NCBI GenBank assembly: GCA_018335585.1
Contig: JAGXRZ010000046.1
Location: 11,832-75,831, forward strand
From: Selenomonadales bacterium
Lineage (GTDB): Bacteria; Bacillota; UBA994
DNA: 64,000 nt
Direction: 5' to 3'
The notes under the pieces are model-generated. The model was given only the letters and a program-made list of their open reading frames with translations. It ran no database searches and had not been told where the DNA came from. Shown here in pieces: positions 27,415 through 37,574 of this stretch; position 1 is the stretch's first letter, and each line of letters starts with the position of its first letter. The translations under genes and the position numbers were made by a program.

Positions 27415-29229
27415 CTACGTCGGCAGATAGCTACTGGCTTGGCGCGTGAACATCGTATAATATACACCCCTTGCGGACATCAGCTCTGTGTGTGAGCCTT
27501 GCTCAACGATGCGGCCATGCTTAAGAACAAGTATCCTATCGGCGCTGCGTGCTAGGGGCATGCGGTGCGTCACTATCAGGGCCATCTTATCCCGGGCTAA
27601 GTGGCGTAGCGTCGCTAGCACTTCGTGTTCGCTTTGGGGGTCGATAGCTGCCGTTGGTTCATCTAGGATCATCAGTTGAGCTTTGGGCTGGCGAAGCAGC
27701 GCGCGTGCTAGGGCGAGGCGTTGCCACTGTCCGGAAGAAAGATCGGTGCCTCCCTCAAGTATTGTCCCAAGCGGCGTGTCGAGACTATCAGGAAGTGCTT
27801 CCACCAGTCTGTCCAGACCCACTTCTCCGGCCACAGCTAGTAGCGTGGCGTCATGGTGCATCTGCGATAGGTCGCCAAACCCAATATTTTCGCGCACTGT
27901 AACCGGGAAGTGCGCATAGTCCTGGCAGACCACCGCAATTCGTTTGCGTAGCTCACCGATGTCAAGTGAGCGAATGTTCTCGCCATCCCAAGTGATCTCA
28001 CCTTGGTTCGGGTCGTAGAGGCGACACAGCAGCTTGGTTAACGTCGTCTTCCCGGCGCCATTCTCGCCGACAAGCACTACTGTTTCCCCTGGGCTTATGG
28101 ACAGATTAATGTCTTCTAGAGCAGTCCGGTCGCTAGTAGGATAGCTAAATGAAACATGCGAAAAGCGAACGCCATATGCTTGAGATCCTGAGCTACCCTG
28201 CGGGACGGGCTCTCTAGCTAATGCGGATTCCATGTCCAGAACGTCAAATAAAGGGCCAGCACCTTGCGCTGCCTGATATAGATCCCCGCCCTCAAAGATC
28301 ATCAGCTCAAGACTTCGCCGCACTTGGAAAATTAGGCCCGCGAACAGAGCCAAATCGCCGAGGGTGTACGCGCCGCGAAGCGCTCCGTCAACAACGAAAA
28401 CATAAGGGATAGCTGCTCCAAGCGTGCCGACTACGGACCAGGCGACAAGCATCCATGTGCCGCGGGAACGTGCTGCCTTCATAGCCGAGAACATGGCACT
28501 AAAGCGCACGTTCCAGTGTCCAAGAAAGAAGGCGGGCAGATTAAACAGCCGCACCTCCTTAGCATAAATCTCGGTTAGGAGAATGCGCTCGTATAGCTTC
28601 ATATACCGCACATTCTCAGCTTGTGATTCCTCTACGTCCCAACTAAAATCCTCAACCCTTGATACAACGAATACCGTAGGCAACGCGGTAAGAAAGAGCA
28701 CAGGTGGCACCCACCAAGCGATGGTAGCCGTAAGCAGGAACGCGGGCACAAACGCAAAAAGGCCAATGAGCATACGTCCAATGGCAGTGACAAGTCGCCA
28801 AAGATGGTCTGCCCCTTTTTCCGCAAGCTGCAGTGTATTTAGGGCTTCTGGGTTCTCGAACATAGAAAGGTCGTCGAACCCGGCCACCTTAGCTAAGAGC
28901 TGTCGGCGGGCCTCCCCGCCGACGCGGTCACGAAAGTTGTCAATCTCTAGTCCGCGCACTGTCTCCACAGTGTCCATAATGAAGATACACGCGACAAACG
29001 CTAGTATGGCCTGCGGGAGGAGCGACCCTAAGTGGGCAAAAAGCCCCTGCCTACCCGCCAACTGCGTTACTTCGTCGATTACTATTTTGCTTGTGTAAAG
29101 TATTATTATGGGGGTAACGCCCAATAGCAGATTAAGTACTAACAGAAGCCGAACTTCACCCGGGGCGGCACGACACCCCAGCAACAACGCCCGCTTAATG
29201 GTCTTTATTTTTTGCTTTAAGAGGACCAC
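27415..29229 (-). CDS. ABC exporter, fused permease/ATPase
   Basis: 604 aa. GENGAGKTT Walker A; LSSGQWQRLALARAL signature; LMILDEPTAAID Walker B. Confidence 0.75.
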   Translation of the reverse strand: MVLLKQKIKTIKRALLLGCRAAPGEVRLLLVLNLLLGVTPIIILYTSKIVIDEVTQLAGRQGLFAHLGSLLPQAILAFVACIFIMDTVETVRGLEIDNFRDRVGGEARRQLLAKVAGFDDLSMFENPEALNTLQLAEKGADHLWRLVTAIGRMLIGLFAFVPAFLLTATIAWWVPPVLFLTALPTVFVVSRVEDFSWDVEESQAENVRYMKLYERILLTEIYAKEVRLFNLPAFFLGHWNVRFSAMFSAMKAARSRGTWMLVAWSVVGTLGAAIPYVFVVDGALRGAYTLGDLALFAGLIFQVRRSLELMIFEGGDLYQAAQGAGPLFDVLDMESALAREPVPQGSSGSQAYGVRFSHVSFSYPTSDRTALEDINLSISPGETVVLVGENGAGKTTLTKLLCRLYDPNQGEITWDGENIRSLDIGELRKRIAVVCQDYAHFPVTVRENIGFGDLSQMHHDATLLAVAGEVGLDRLVEALPDSLDTPLGTILEGGTDLSSGQWQRLALARALLRQPKAQLMILDEPTAAIDPQSEHEVLATLRHLARDKMALIVTHRMPLARSADRILVLKHGRIVEQGSHTELMSARGVYYTMFTRQASSYLPT

Positions 29230-29789
29230 AGTGCCACTCTCCCACGTCTACCTACCTGGCAAAACCGCCATTCTGGTTACAACTAAGTGAAAAGCCAGAA
29301 GCCAGGGATCAAGACATTGAGGCACGTGATCCCCTGTGATGACCTGTAATCGACGGAGTAATAAATGCAAGGAGTGCCTTCCTTTCAGCTGCAACAAAGC
29401 AATCGTAAGTTGACCGAGGATTGCCGTGACGCATAGCCGAAACTGCTATTCGGATAACTGCAGCTATTGATGAGGTTGGCGCACCGGGGTGCAGCGCGTA
29501 TGTATGAGCGGCCAGTCGGTGACTGATACGGGGGGGGCAGTATCCCACCGCTTTCAAGATTCCTCGTGAAACAATAAGACTAAGAAACGCGGCCGATAAT
29601 CGTAGACTCGCGACCATGCCAACCTCACTTCTTTGGCTTACGGGGGGGAGGAGGGTCGTACTACGGATTTCACAAAAACACTTCCAATCCAGTTATTCCA
29701 TCATGCCATATTATTGTTATATTGGCAACAGTATCACATGCCAATGATAGTGTCGCGCGACACTAAAAGGCCCCTCCTTAAGGAGAGGC

Positions 29790-30251
29790 TTATACGTAGG
29801 ATGCACACCTACTGCTGATTGTGTTTGCCCTGCAGCAGAGCGTACGCCCTGCCGCACAGTAATGTCGTCCGCCGCAAAGGCAAACCAGTTGCTCGGGTAC
29901 TTCATAAAGCACCTTGCCCTTCTTTAGGATTTCTTCCTGAAAAAACAAACTGTCCTTTGCAAGCTCAAGCTCTTCCGGCGTATAAACCAAAATATCTGCC
30001 CCTCTTCTGGACATGACGAGCAAGCCGACCTCTTTCAACCTCTCATAAAATCCCTTTTGAGAATTCTTTATGACTATCAGGTCAATGTCGCTGTATTCAT
30101 GGATATTGCCGGTGGCAAGAGAACCAAATAGCACGATCTTTAACGGGTCATACTCCTTGATCAAAACCGATACTATTCTTGCCAATTCCCTTTCCAAAAC
30201 TAACTTTCTGGCTGCGATTTTGTCCTCATATTGGGATTGATGAAGAGCCAC
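29790..30251 (-). CDS. Minimal nucleotidyltransferase (MNT/Pol-beta superfamily) domain protein; the C-terminus probably runs past the true stop into a repeat
   Basis: LFGSLATGNIHEYSDIDLIVI is the GS...D.D NTase motif. No HEPN partner found nearby. Confidence 0.45.
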   Translation of the reverse strand: MALHQSQYEDKIAARKLVLERELARIVSVLIKEYDPLKIVLFGSLATGNIHEYSDIDLIVIKNSQKGFYERLKEVGLLVMSRRGADILVYTPEELELAKDSLFFQEEILKKGKVLYEVPEQLVCLCGGRHYCAAGRTLCCRANTISSRCASYV

Positions 30252-30689
30252 TATGTTATCTTCCTCCCCAAACAGCGCATCATGCCACTATGATACAAAA
30301 GCACCCTTAAATAGTCAAACGAGTGAGTAAGCCGCGCATGTCAGGGGCTGCTCGGGTAACGAAAGAAGGCCCAACAGTCGCGCTTTGGTTCATGGCGTGA
30401 GGCGGCTGCATCCCACGCTGCCCCGCCACCGGCGCGGAGTACCATTATGACGCACATCACCTCGTAGTATGCCCTTATCACCCGCAAGGGGCTTACGACG
30501 CGATAAAAACTAGTAACGCCAAGGGTTTTAAGCCCTTGGCATTTTGTTGCCCTGCAGCAGAGCGTACGCCCTGCCTAGGAGGGAATATGCATCGCGCGTG
30601 GCACCTGTATTCTGAAGAAGTTCCGCACCGAAGGCCAATGATTCTACCTGTGCCAGAGCAGCTTGGGGGTCGCACTGGAGATGGCCCTA

Positions 30690-32225
30690 CTATTCCCGGA
30701 ACAATGCCCGTCGGCGCGCCTGTATTTCGTGCGCAAAGTCTCGCTGCAGGTTTACATGAGTGGCCAAGAACTCCTGCCACCCCTGATTCTCGTCCAGGGA
30801 CTCCTCTTGCGTGATTTGAGCCAGTATCGCAGCTTTTTCGGCAGTTGTTTGCCCGAACGCGTCAGCTAACTTGCGCGCTAGAGTCTCGATGCGCAGGTTC
30901 TTATCTTCCGCACTCCAAGCCACCCAGATGTCTTGCATCTTTACTTCGCGTCTAAAACCCTCGCGGAAGCGTTCCTTCCAGCTGCTATATGCGGGTGCCA
31001 CTGCGTAGGCATCCCAAAACTGCTCAAGACGGTCAACATAGGCTCTTCGTATCGCTAAGTAACGGCTGTGCTGGGCGGGTGTCCATGCATGGAAGGGGTG
31101 ATGAATGTAAGGGTCGTGCAGTGAGAGGAAGCCGCCTACACCGCCTCTGCTGTATGCCTGCAACCAACTTCTACCCGCTGTCCAATGGCCAAAGATTTTT
31201 AGGGCATCCGCTTCCAAAAGGTCTAGCCGTTCCTGCGTCAAAATCTCTCCAGGTAACAAGCTTGCGCCAACACCACCGGCAGGCAAGATATGCATGGTTA
31301 CGCCAATCCTGCGGACTTCAATATCGTGCCCTATGTAGAAGTAGTCGACGGTCACAAAGGAACTTGTGTTGCGTGGGCGAGGGATGGCCTGTAGTACACT
31401 GCGCGGTACATGCCCCTGCACTCGCCGCACCAAATCGGACGTCCACACATCAAGGCCACCCGCCAGACGGTCGAGCGCAGTGTCTTTAGCGAGATGCTTC
31501 GGATAGTAGACCATTACTTCAGCCCATTCGCCTTGCATGGCTAGAACCCGTACATTCTCTCCCGTGCCCAGCTCGCCAAGAGCTTCGCCCGCTCTGCTCG
31601 GAGTGCGGTAAAGCGGGGTATCTTCTAACAAGTAGGCGATGTCGCGACCGTCGTTACGTCCCCACACTGGCAGACGAAGGGGTTTGTCTAGTCCCTCAGC
31701 CTGTGTAACTAGGGCTTGTGGAGAGGGCCAACTAGTAGAGAGCCAAACGAAATTATCGTTCTGCAGGCGTGAGCCGTCTACGGCGCGCAGTTCAGCCGGC
31801 AAGACCACGGTGACGAGAAAATTCGGCAAGCTACTCCCAGCGACATGATGCAATGACAGTGTTTTACCTTCAATGCGGTAGTAGAAATACTTCTGCTTTG
31901 GGGTTGCCACAGAAGGATACGCTACCACTGCCGATCCTCCGCTGAACAACAAAATTTCACAGCTGTTGTTTGGGTCTAACTCTTTGTTGAAAGTAAAGGT
32001 GATGGCGATGTCTTCGCTTGGCTGGAGCAAGTTGCGATGGAGGACTTCGACTCCCTCTGGTACTTCCACTATACCGTACCCCGAAATCTCTAACCTTGTG
32101 ACGGCGAGCCCCTTTTGGGAGGGCGCCTGTCGGCACCCTCCCGCAACGAGCGCTGCTACTGCGACGATTGTTACGATGAAAAGAACACCAAATCTCTTAG
32201 TTAAGGCCATTCTATTCGCCCCCAA
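30690..32225 (-). CDS. Lipoprotein with an SH3b-like domain, function unknown
   Basis: Lipobox-like VAGGC. TPLYRTPSRAGEALGELGTGENVRVLAMQGEWAEV resembles SH3b. The last ~30 codons lie inside the duplicated segment. Confidence 0.4.
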   Translation of the reverse strand: MGANRMALTKRFGVLFIVTIVAVAALVAGGCRQAPSQKGLAVTRLEISGYGIVEVPEGVEVLHRNLLQPSEDIAITFTFNKELDPNNSCEILLFSGGSAVVAYPSVATPKQKYFYYRIEGKTLSLHHVAGSSLPNFLVTVVLPAELRAVDGSRLQNDNFVWLSTSWPSPQALVTQAEGLDKPLRLPVWGRNDGRDIAYLLEDTPLYRTPSRAGEALGELGTGENVRVLAMQGEWAEVMVYYPKHLAKDTALDRLAGGLDVWTSDLVRRVQGHVPRSVLQAIPRPRNTSSFVTVDYFYIGHDIEVRRIGVTMHILPAGGVGASLLPGEILTQERLDLLEADALKIFGHWTAGRSWLQAYSRGGVGGFLSLHDPYIHHPFHAWTPAQHSRYLAIRRAYVDRLEQFWDAYAVAPAYSSWKERFREGFRREVKMQDIWVAWSAEDKNLRIETLARKLADAFGQTTAEKAAILAQITQEESLDENQGWQEFLATHVNLQRDFAHEIQARRRALFRE

Positions 32226-32377
32226 TAGTTCTATTCTTCGCGCTTAATGGACAGCAGGCTTAGTGTTATCGTGGCAAAGTCTTGCATTGACTTTACCTGT
32301 GACCAGGTTCCGGAGGCATAATTAACGCCGCTCCAAAAGCTAGGGCATCATCGGCCTGCAGCCCTTGCGCTAGCTAG

Positions 32378-32890
32378 CTAAGGGGTCCCGCCATATAGGG
32401 TAGTCATCTGCTGTTTGAACCACTCCACCGCTTCCTTAAAGATGATATTCATCTCTCTATTGCTGGTGTTGAGACCAGCATGCATGCCGTAGTCGGTTGG
32501 CACCCAACCAGTGCTGACCTTAAATCCGTAGACAACTAGGCGTGCGCCGCTACTTGCCGTGCCCAATGCTATCGCAAACACTTCTGGGGGCTCTCCTAGC
32601 TCCTTTTTCGCTTTATCTAGGATCTCTTGCTGTAATCTGCCTACTTCCTCGTCACTTATGCCGGACTGAGTATGGCGCAGCATCAAGGCAATGCGGCCTG
32701 ATCTGAGAGTGTATCTGTCGCCGCCTCCCGTCACTGTCACAAGGGAAGAAGTTCCTTCCCAAGCTCGGACCAAGTCATTGATCTTTGCGGAAACTGAACT
32801 GTCGATCCCACCTCTCATGGCGCCGACACCTAGACGATTAACTGCGATGAAGGAAATCAGTAGCACTGCCAAAATGGCCCCTAGTCCCAA
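32378..32890 (-). CDS. Hypothetical membrane-anchored protein (170 aa)
   Basis: One N-terminal TM helix. No recognisable motif. Confidence 0.3.
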   Translation of the reverse strand: MGLGAILAVLLISFIAVNRLGVGAMRGGIDSSVSAKINDLVRAWEGTSSLVTVTGGGDRYTLRSGRIALMLRHTQSGISDEEVGRLQQEILDKAKKELGEPPEVFAIALGTASSGARLVVYGFKVSTGWVPTDYGMHAGLNTSNREMNIIFKEAVEWFKQQMTTLYGGTP

Positions 32891-32984
32891 TAGGGACAGC
32901 CTTACATTCCATCGCCGCGCTGAATACGTTTCTATTATTGTCGCCTCCTCCTAATGTCGTATAAGCAGTATGAGCATTACGAGC

Positions 32985-34292
32985 CTACCTAGCGTCAAGC
33001 CGCAAGGGAACGGACACAGTGTTCGGGTTATCGCCCTCTACTGGAGAATACGCATAAACAGCTAGAACCAACTCCGAGCCGTCCGCCACGTGTGTCGGCA
33101 CTTCTATGTCAAAGGTGAAATACAACCAATACGTTGCTCCTACTAGATGCTCCTCCGTTAGCACCGGGTTCCTGGTAAAACCAGGAGCAGTATGTCCGGC
33201 CATTAAGCTTCCTCCGTCCAAAGAATTGCGACCAACCTCACCCAACCCATAGAAAATGGTAGCTTCAAAGGTATTGGCAACTCCAGATACGGTGAATCTA
33301 CGACCTACCGCCTCAGTCGGGGCCGGCGCAAAGAGCTTTATTGACCGGGAGTGAGCAACAATATCCGGAAGAAAATGGATTCCGACAATAGTTCCGATAA
33401 AAATTTCTTCATCGGCTCGGGTGATGGGCACAAACCTGACCGGTAGTCCCGTTGCCTTGATGTAAACCACATCATAAAGGGCAGCTGGCGATAGTTGCTC
33501 CGCTGGCGAAGGCTTGGAGAAGCTAGCTCGAACCACTACTTCTTCTGCCATAACAAGCACATCAACTATTCGTACCACGCGCTCGAACGGCTCGGGGCCA
33601 TCTCGACTACTAATTCCACTCCTAACAAAAAGATATTGCTTGCCATCAAATTCCTTAGTATTAGCAAAATCGGTCATATCAAACTTTAGGGAACTCTTAA
33701 CCCAGTTCCGGACCTCTTCTGGGGTTGCGGCAGCTGAGTGCACTGTAACCGGCCAAAAGCTCACCTTTCTGCCGGTGATAATCTCAATCCGAAGAGGATC
33801 GGCGTAGATCCGTAGGGGGTCAGCAAGGTTTTTATCTAGTCTAAGCTCAGCCCAGAATACCAGCCTGTATCTGCCCGGCTGGTCTAAGGCGAAGGAGTAG
33901 TGTCCAAACCACGACTCTTGATGATTAACCTCGCCCGGCCTAAAATTCCAGTCGTCCAGTCGCAATTTAAGACTCTGCGAAACAACCATTCTGTTTTCCT
34001 CATCGTAAACCCTAAAGAACAGAGCCGGATCAACACCCCGCAAAGTTAACGGTTCAGCACTGAAGTTCATATTGTTTAGAGTTACACTTCCCCGGATTCT
34101 CTCGCCAACATGGTAGTGGGTCTTTAATAGCTCCCCCACTAATTCTAGCTTCTCCGCTTCAACAGCAGCTTCCTGTTGGTCAGTCGCATCTACAGCCGGT
34201 ACGGTTCGCTGTACTAATGCGATCCCGGCAATGGTGATTAGCGACAGTAGCGCAAGAAGCAGGATCGCCGAAAGCAGCACCGCGTTCCTCAT
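32985..34292 (-). CDS. Membrane-anchored protein with a C-terminal Gmad2-type Ig-like domain
   Basis: N-terminal TM helix. The C-terminal ...FEATIFYGL...WLYFTFDIEV...LAVYAYSPVEGDN resembles the Gmad2/GerMN fold. Confidence 0.4.
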   Translation of the reverse strand: MRNAVLLSAILLLALLSLITIAGIALVQRTVPAVDATDQQEAAVEAEKLELVGELLKTHYHVGERIRGSVTLNNMNFSAEPLTLRGVDPALFFRVYDEENRMVVSQSLKLRLDDWNFRPGEVNHQESWFGHYSFALDQPGRYRLVFWAELRLDKNLADPLRIYADPLRIEIITGRKVSFWPVTVHSAAATPEEVRNWVKSSLKFDMTDFANTKEFDGKQYLFVRSGISSRDGPEPFERVVRIVDVLVMAEEVVVRASFSKPSPAEQLSPAALYDVVYIKATGLPVRFVPITRADEEIFIGTIVGIHFLPDIVAHSRSIKLFAPAPTEAVGRRFTVSGVANTFEATIFYGLGEVGRNSLDGGSLMAGHTAPGFTRNPVLTEEHLVGATYWLYFTFDIEVPTHVADGSELVLAVYAYSPVEGDNPNTVSVPLRLDAR

Positions 34293-34499
34293 GAGGCCAC
34301 CTCCAAAATGCCGTTAATTCATTCTACCCAGATTATAGCTCTGTTGGCAACACTATCACGTGCCAATGATAGTGTCGCGTGACACTAAAAGGCCTCTCCA
34401 TCCTGCCTATCATCTCAGGCATCCCCATAATCCGAGGGAATTGGCCTCATCTCAGTTGCTTTGGATTTTGCGGTGACGTATACTGAGTGTATCAACTAA

Positions 34500-34700
34500 A
34501 TACGCTGTGGGGTGCCCCTAGCTGTAGGGGTTAAAAGGGAATCAGGTGAGAATCCTGAGCGGTCCCGCCACTGTAACGGGTAGTGCCTATACTTAACCAC
34601 TGTTCGCGCGCGAATGGGAAGGAACTAGGCGCGTCACTCCCGTAGTCAGGAAACCTGCCCCAGAGCCAAGACTCCGTCCTTCGGTCGAAAGGACTAGGTC
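34500..34700 (+). ncRNA. Cobalamin (B12) riboswitch
   Basis: AAAGGGAATCAGGTGAGAATCCTGAGCGGTCCCGCCACTGTAACGG matches the conserved cobalamin-riboswitch core. It lies 5' of btuF. Confidence 0.7.
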
Positions 34701-34726
34701 AAAGCTTGTACTTAGCTTTGCATCGA

Positions 34727-34762
34727 ACCCTCAACCGTTGGTTGAGGGCTTTACTTTGTGCG
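34727..34762 (+). terminator. Riboswitch expression-platform terminator
   Basis: CCCTCAACCGTTGGTTGAGGG followed by CTTTACTTTGTG. Confidence 0.55.
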
Positions 34763-34853
34763 ACAAGGGGGTTACCTGTGGTCTAGTTGAGAGCATTGCT
34801 CACCGGTGACAGACGACTGTTATCAAACCTACATGTAAGGAGAGGATACACTC

Positions 34854-35753
34854 ATGAAACGCATTGCTGTATTGTCGCTCGTACTCGTTCTCGCTGTGGC
34901 CTTATCCGGTTGCGCCGTACTTAACGTACTGCGGCCGAGCATTGTCGTAACGGATGACCTAGACCGCGAAGTACGCCTAGAGCGCGCGGCGCAGCGCATT
35001 GTCTCACTTGCCCCGAGTAACACGGAAATGCTCTTTGCCTTAGGCCTAGCAGAAGAAACCGTCGGTGTGTCCGAGCTCTGCGACTACCCACCGCAAGCTG
35101 CCACGAAGGAACGCGTCGGCTCATTTGCCACCCCTTCCATCGAAAAAATAGTTAGCCTCAAACCCGACCTCGTCTTAGCCGCCAGCCTACACAAAACTGT
35201 CGGCGAGCAATTAGTTGAGCTAGGGATTCCGGTAATTGTCCTGCATCCCGAAAGCATTCAGGGAGTGCTAGATAACGCCGACCTCCTCGGGCGGGTCACC
35301 GGTCAGGCGCGCGGCGCGGCGGAGCTTAAGCGGCAAATCACGGCGGAGCTCAATGCCGTTGACGAGCGCGTCAAAACACTAACACAGGCACAGCGGCCGC
35401 TAGTGTACTACGAGGTATGGTCTAACCCCATCATGACGGCCGGGCCCAACACGTTTATCAATGAACTTATTACCCGCGCGGGCGGCGTGAACTTAGGGGC
35501 GACCGCAACGACTGCCTGGCCGACGCTCTCGCTGGAGGAGCTTTTGTCTAGGCAGCCACAGGTCATGTTCTACGGCCATGCCACCGAGACGGTAGAGCAA
35601 GTCAGGCAGCGCGCCGATTGGGGCAGCATCCCTGCCCTGCGTGACGGACGGGTGTACCTGGTAGACGAAAACCTTATCCTGCGGGCCGGGCCCCGCATCG
35701 GGCAAGCGCTGCGGCTTCTCTCCACCCAGTTACACCCCGACCTATGGCGGTGA
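34854..35753 (+). CDS. btuF: Cobalamin/siderophore-type periplasmic binding lipoprotein (BtuF-like)
   Basis: Lipobox LSGCAV. PBP family 8 fold; IVSLAPSNTEMLFALGL. Confidence 0.7.
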   Translation: MKRIAVLSLVLVLAVALSGCAVLNVLRPSIVVTDDLDREVRLERAAQRIVSLAPSNTEMLFALGLAEETVGVSELCDYPPQAATKERVGSFATPSIEKIVSLKPDLVLAASLHKTVGEQLVELGIPVIVLHPESIQGVLDNADLLGRVTGQARGAAELKRQITAELNAVDERVKTLTQAQRPLVYYEVWSNPIMTAGPNTFINELITRAGGVNLGATATTAWPTLSLEELLSRQPQVMFYGHATETVEQVRQRADWGSIPALRDGRVYLVDENLILRAGPRIGQALRLLSTQLHPDLWR

Positions 35754-36781
35754 ACAAATTAGCCGCCATGCGCGCGTGGTCGGCTAACGCCCTCTTAGGC
35801 ATCGTCTTAGCCCTAAGCATAGTCCTAAGCCTCGTGGTGGGGGCGGTCGACATCGCTCCCACCCGCCTGTTGGCGGCTTTGCAGGAATTAGTGACTGCAC
35901 CTGCGAACACTTGGTCAGTAGATGCTGTGATAGCCTGGCGACTGAGATTGCCACGCGCTCTTCTAGCGGCGGCTGTAGGCGCCTCCTTGGCGACGGCAGG
36001 TGCCATTATGCAGGGCCTCTTGCACAACAGCTTGGCCGACTCCTTTGTGCTTGGTGTATCCTCGGGCGCAAGCCTTGGCGCGGCGATTGCCCTGTTACTT
36101 GGCCTAAACTTTGCCTTCTTTGGCCTCGGAGCTGTAACTCCGCTGGCGTTTGGGGGGGCAATGCTCGCGCTCTTAGCTGTGCTCATCATCTCGCGGCGAG
36201 TGGCCGGCCAATCGACTTTAGGTTTGCTCTTGGCAGGCATCGCGATGAATAGCGCGCTTTCTGCGGTGGTGTCGTTCCTAGTGCTGCTAAGCCGCGAGCG
36301 AATCAACCCCCTGCTCTTCTGGCTGATGGGAGGGTTCGCCGGACGCGGCTGGAGTCACCTCGTCCTGATGCTCCCCTACTTACTTGTCGGCTTGGCAATC
36401 GCCTACGCCTACCACCGCCACCTCACCGCCATCAGTCTCGGTGATGCGACTGCGCACCATTTAGGGGTAGATGTAAGCCGTGTGCGCCTCTTGCTTTTGG
36501 GGACGGCAGCGTTACTTACGGCGGCAGCCGTATCAGTAAGCGGCATGATTGGCTTTGTAGGCTTGATGACACCGCATTTCGCGCGCATGCTTGTCGGGCA
36601 TCACTACCGTCGCCTTTTACCCACTGCGGCCTTATGCGGGGCAATTTTCCTGACTTGCGCCGATCTCTTGGCACGCGTTGCTATGCGCCCGCAGGAACTC
36701 CCGGTCGGGATTATAACTGCTTTGTGCGGCGGGCCGTTTTTCCTCTGGCTCTTGTCGCGCCAACGGCGGGAGGTGGCCTAA
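35744..36781 (+). CDS. btuC: FecCD-family ABC permease (BtuC-like)
   Basis: 345 aa, 9-10 TM helices, FecCD signature region. Confidence 0.75.
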   Translation: MAVNKLAAMRAWSANALLGIVLALSIVLSLVVGAVDIAPTRLLAALQELVTAPANTWSVDAVIAWRLRLPRALLAAAVGASLATAGAIMQGLLHNSLADSFVLGVSSGASLGAAIALLLGLNFAFFGLGAVTPLAFGGAMLALLAVLIISRRVAGQSTLGLLLAGIAMNSALSAVVSFLVLLSRERINPLLFWLMGGFAGRGWSHLVLMLPYLLVGLAIAYAYHRHLTAISLGDATAHHLGVDVSRVRLLLLGTAALLTAAAVSVSGMIGFVGLMTPHFARMLVGHHYRRLLPTAALCGAIFLTCADLLARVAMRPQELPVGIITALCGGPFFLWLLSRQRREVA

Positions 36782-37566
36782 TGCCTGCCATTAGTGTCGA
36801 GAAGGTTTCCTATCGTTTTGGGCAGCCGGTACTCCGTGAAGTCTCGGCGAGTTTTAGTCAAGGCACTTTTACGGGGATTCTGGGCGCTAACGGTGTGGGC
36901 AAGTCAACCCTAGTCAAGCTTATCAGCCGGTGGCTGCCCCTGCAGGAAGGGTCAATCCGCATCTACGACCGCCCACTCCAAGCGTTCACACAGCGTGAAT
37001 TGGCCCGCCATATCGCTGTCGTGGCGCAAGAACAGGCGGAGCTTACGGAACTTACGGTGCGGGAAATGGTGGAACTAGGCCGCATCCCACACCAAGGGCT
37101 ACTAGACTCCCCTTCTCAGGCTGACCACAACGCGGTGGAATCCGCACTAGCACAGACAGGGCTACAGGCACTGGCCACGCGGCGCTTCGGCACGCTGAGC
37201 GGCGGAGAGCGACAACGCGTAAGGGTTGCTATGGCCCTAGCGCAAGCGGCCGACATTTTAATCCTCGATGAGCCTACCACACACCTTGACATCAGGTACC
37301 AACTAGAACTCCTGACACTGCTCGCCGAACTCGTCGCCAAGGGCTACACGGTAATTGCGGTGCTACACGACATTAACTTAGCGGCACTTTTTTGCGACCA
37401 CCTGCTGCTTCTCGCTGACGGTCGAGTGCTTAGCGCCGGAACCCCGGCTGAGGTTATTACGCGTGAGGCCATCTTAGAGGCATACCAGTGCGATGTCACT
37501 GTGCTCCTACACCCTACGTCCGAGGCACCACAGATTGCGCTGCGGCGAAGTTACCAGGATGCTTAG
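36781..37566 (+). CDS. btuD: ABC ATP-binding protein (BtuD/FepC-like)
   Basis: GANGVGKST; LSGGERQRV; ILILDEPTTHLD. Start at Met 36781 (MPAISVEKVSY). Confidence 0.75.
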   Translation: MPAISVEKVSYRFGQPVLREVSASFSQGTFTGILGANGVGKSTLVKLISRWLPLQEGSIRIYDRPLQAFTQRELARHIAVVAQEQAELTELTVREMVELGRIPHQGLLDSPSQADHNAVESALAQTGLQALATRRFGTLSGGERQRVRVAMALAQAADILILDEPTTHLDIRYQLELLTLLAELVAKGYTVIAVLHDINLAALFCDHLLLLADGRVLSAGTPAEVITREAILEAYQCDVTVLLHPTSEAPQIALRRSYQDA

Positions 37567-37574
37567 CGGGAGTG

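Noticed and set aside
29309-29617. 102-aa minus-strand ORF upstream of the ABC/MFS block, considered as a possible RiPP precursor
   Set aside because: It is Arg/Ser/Ala-rich with no leader or core pattern, no Gly-Gly or Cys/Ser/Thr-rich core, and a weak RBS. Most likely non-coding spacer.
30251-30400. HEPN partner for the MNT nucleotidyltransferase
   Set aside because: No ORF with the Rx4-6H motif on either side. The flanks are repeat or duplication debris.
35674-36306. 210-aa minus ORF, and similar long antisense ORFs (878..1204, 12435..12767, 14313..14759, 15087..15689, 28583..29098, 37874..38242, 42789..43306, 44709..45188)
   Set aside because: Each is antisense to a well-supported gene (btuC, the repressor, chrA, pyk, ABC, mrp). 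They have the Arg/Ala/Pro-rich composition typical of GC-rich shadow ORFs.
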